A stretch of 64,000 nucleotides of DNA from positions 19,206,795 to 19,270,794 of the forward strand of contig NC_092670.1 in NCBI RefSeq assembly GCF_964355755.1. Direction: 5' to 3'. Numbering within the stretch: position 1 is the stretch's first letter; each line of letters opens with the position of its first letter. The notes under the pieces are model-generated. The model was not told the DNA's origin, searched no databases, and saw nothing but the letters and a program-made list of their open reading frames with translations. This document shows positions 60,914 through 64,000 of the stretch, in pieces. The position numbers and the translations under genes were made by a program. Origin of the DNA: Antedon mediterranea. Its lineage: Eukaryota; Animalia; Echinodermata.

Positions 60914-63177
60914 GTACAGTAACATTAGAATATAACACCTAAGTATTTCTTTGTCATTTGGAGAATTGTGGTCACATCATATTAAATACTCCACATCAAG
61001 TAACATCAAGAGTTTTTGTTTTATGTTTGTTTTGTTTTTAAGTGCAAATTTGTTATGTTCGCATTATTTCTTGTTACCTGTCTGTATATGAAATCACGAT
61101 AAGGATCTAACTTTGGATGTATAGGGAACAAATAACGAATTGTTTTGATATTTATACAATGGCACAATTTTTATTTTCATTCAGTGAAAGATTAAATGTT
61201 CCATTTTAACTTCATGACAATTTTCTGCCATTGCACATTATTTGTATATTATATAAATTGTAAAATTGAGTAAAAGAAACAATTTTTTTCAAATGACTTA
61301 TTACGATTTGTATGGCTCATATCCTATCCATAGTACATACAATAAGATTATTATTTTATTGTGTATCTCTCATTGAATTGATTTTATTGAGTAAGGTTGA
61401 GAATACTACAATAATAGCGTACTGTGCTATTTTCCTCTTAATATTGACAATATGATTTTCCGCCTACTGTTAACAATGTTTTATAGATTTTTACTAGTAA
61501 CATTGTCAAGCACGTATTATGTCTACCGACATCAAGCACGTATTATGTCTACCGACAATAATTTATATTATACAATCCCATTCCATCAATCTGCAGTTTG
61601 AACATAACCATCTAATTAAATTGGTTTAACAACATTTTTTTTAATGACAGAACTATAATTGATATAAAGATTCTGAAATTGTGTTTTAGTGTCTACTTTA
61701 TACCTCAGTTAATATTATGTTTATTGTAACGAAGAGTAATAAATACATGCTGCACACAATAACAGCCCTTAAAAGAAAGATATGTTTTATTTTTAATGGG
61801 TACAATAAAATCCAGGCCCTGTTGTATTTTGTAGATCTATGATAATGGTAATCTTTCGTTTCAGAATAATAACCAAAATAAAAAACGGTAATTCTATAGA
61901 AATTATTGATGCATAATAAGCATAAAAGGTGGTTCCTATGAAGAAGTGGTAACTGTGCCTACAGTATATTAAACTTATTCACCTCATAGTCACATGGAGG
62001 TCATAGTATCTTTATTTTTCCATTTATAAGTACGTTAACAGAAATTTGTTTTGAAAACTGGCATATTATATAATATCAATAGAACAGTAAAAATACACAG
62101 AAAAATAGCACTACAACAACACAAAAGAATCTCAAATAAAAAGTGGCTAAAAGATTAAAAATTACAAGCCTGTGTATAAGTAAGATATTTCCTATGTACC
62201 GAAGTGACATGAAACCTATTCACCTGGGTTAATAACTAAGCTTGAACGAGCCCTATGAACTTTTACTATGATTTGATTGTCTTATTATCTACTTTTAAAA
62301 CATTTCATTATTTCTGTACACTGTTTTATATCTATCAGTATACAAATATTTACTGACTTCGGGATATAGTATAGTCTCCACCCGAGTCTCCAGGTCACTA
62401 AGGACAATGCAATAAATATTTCTTCATATTTCTGTCTCGCTAAAGGTACTAAATTTTCTAAGTCAACTCATACACAAATTAATCATTGTAGGCTATAGAG
62501 GCTAGGGCTAGCTACGCAATCGTTGCGCATGTGGATTTTGATTGTATTGTATTAAAGAAGAAGATAGAGAAAACAGACATGCACAGTTTAGCCGGGTTGT
62601 AGATCGAGGGCATGACAATAACTATAGACCAGAGATTAACCAATCGGATGCCGTCAACTGAAAGGTTCCGGAATATAATTTTTAATGGATACTTGTCAAA
62701 TTTAGCTTAATGGTACCGGCTTTAAATGTGTAGATTGTGTAGTTTGATTAAGTTGATCTATTTGAACACCTTTATACTTCACGATGTAATTAACTCACTG
62801 TCGCCAGCCATTTAACACACATCAAACACAGCGAATGAACTATGTATACAAACTCGACGCTTATTATTATTGAATAAAAGCTTTTAATGTATTGTTTTAC
62901 TTGTTCACTTAAGTTTCTTCTCCATTTTTAAGGTTTAGTTTGGATTGTCAGATGCAAGGACACTCTTAATCATTGTTAACAATGTGTGGTTACCATGTTA
63001 CATGTTGCCAGCCACTCTATACACTTCAAATACAGCGAAAGATCTGTACATAGAAATAATGTTGTTATTGAATGAAAGCTTTCACACCTGTATATTATTT
63101 TAAATGTTCACAATTTTAATGATACTGCTTCTCCATTTAAATTAGTTTTAGTGTATTAGGTTAAAAAACACTCGTAA

Positions 63178-63310
63178 AGCTCTGTCTACACTACAAACTA
63201 GTTCGACACTAAAGTGTGATGTGCCCACATGTGGTAGTGATATGGTCAAATATGGTAGTGATATGATATCATCATGTCCATATATGGGCACATCTTTTTT
63301 TTTGTATCTT
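63178..63310. mobile_element. Harbinger-like MITE copy lacking the right TIR
   Basis: Left TIR and internal repeats. Confidence 0.72.
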
Positions 63311-64000
63311 ACTACATATATTTTTTTAACTAACAACTTGCTTATAAAGCTTAATGAAACTGTTTATATAACCACTCTCAGGAAATCCTTTCCCACCACC
63401 CACACTGATAATATAATAAAATTCAATTTTTATCAAAATGTTGCTAGTGTATTTGAGACTTGTTATTTCGTTTATCATCATGAAATGTCATCATGTTGAA
63501 ATTGTTTTTAAAAATTAATAATTTATTTACAAGTTCACATAATTATCTTGTCAGTTTTAACACCATTTGCCCACATCTAATATTTTCTTGATGCCATATA
63601 AATGACCATTATGTTCAATACATGACTGCTTTAATAATATGATAACAAAATTATTAGCAACACATTGCTATAATAGAGTTACATGACAAAAGGAACAAGG
63701 TTAATCAATTATTTCTTGTCTTTTTAATGGCATGATGTACTTAGTTGTTATAGTAACAGTAAAATATGGGACATAACAATGATAATATAACATCCCATTT
63801 TTTTTTTATTTCTCTAATAAAATTCCAGTTTGATTCTTCTACAATGTCTCCCTTATTCGTTTAGACTATTAAAGTAAAACAATAATGAGTGTGGATTCTT
63901 CTGAGATACTGTTTGAGGTAAATTCCCACCTTTTGACAGCTAAAATAAAATGATCAACTTTTGTTATTATTATCTTTTTTTTTTTTTAATTATCCCTCAT

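Overview
AT-rich eukaryotic (animal) genomic DNA with many short GT-AG introns. It is probably a marine invertebrate, possibly a deuterostome; this is inferred from the Deu/Nin-type SINE and conserved gene structures. Eight protein-coding genes are recognisable: PMS2 5' part (-), ZZEF1 (+, ~2.3-28.9 kb), a NERD-domain gene (-), POLD2 (+), USP1 (-), NUP85 (+), a collagen/C1q gene nested antisense in a NUP85 intron, and the first three exons of KIF19 (+). The first six form three head-to-head pairs. Introns are full of non-autonomous elements: about 21 copies of a palindromic PIF/Harbinger-type MITE with TWA target duplications, a tRNA-headed Deu/Nin-domain SINE, hAT-, Tc/pogo-, Kolobok- and Helentron-like elements, a 57-bp minisatellite and a 20-bp array. 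The most unusual signal is a set of 8-25 bp CATG...CATG-type palindromes, each flanked by its own 7-bp direct repeat, which look like P/Galileo-type excision scars. Also notable are a tRNA-Asp(ATC)-like gene between ~107-bp direct repeats, TAGGCCTA motif clusters at gene 5' ends, and a USP1 with an LLGG motif in a different insert from human USP1. All coordinates were read by eye; exon edges are approximate to a few bases.
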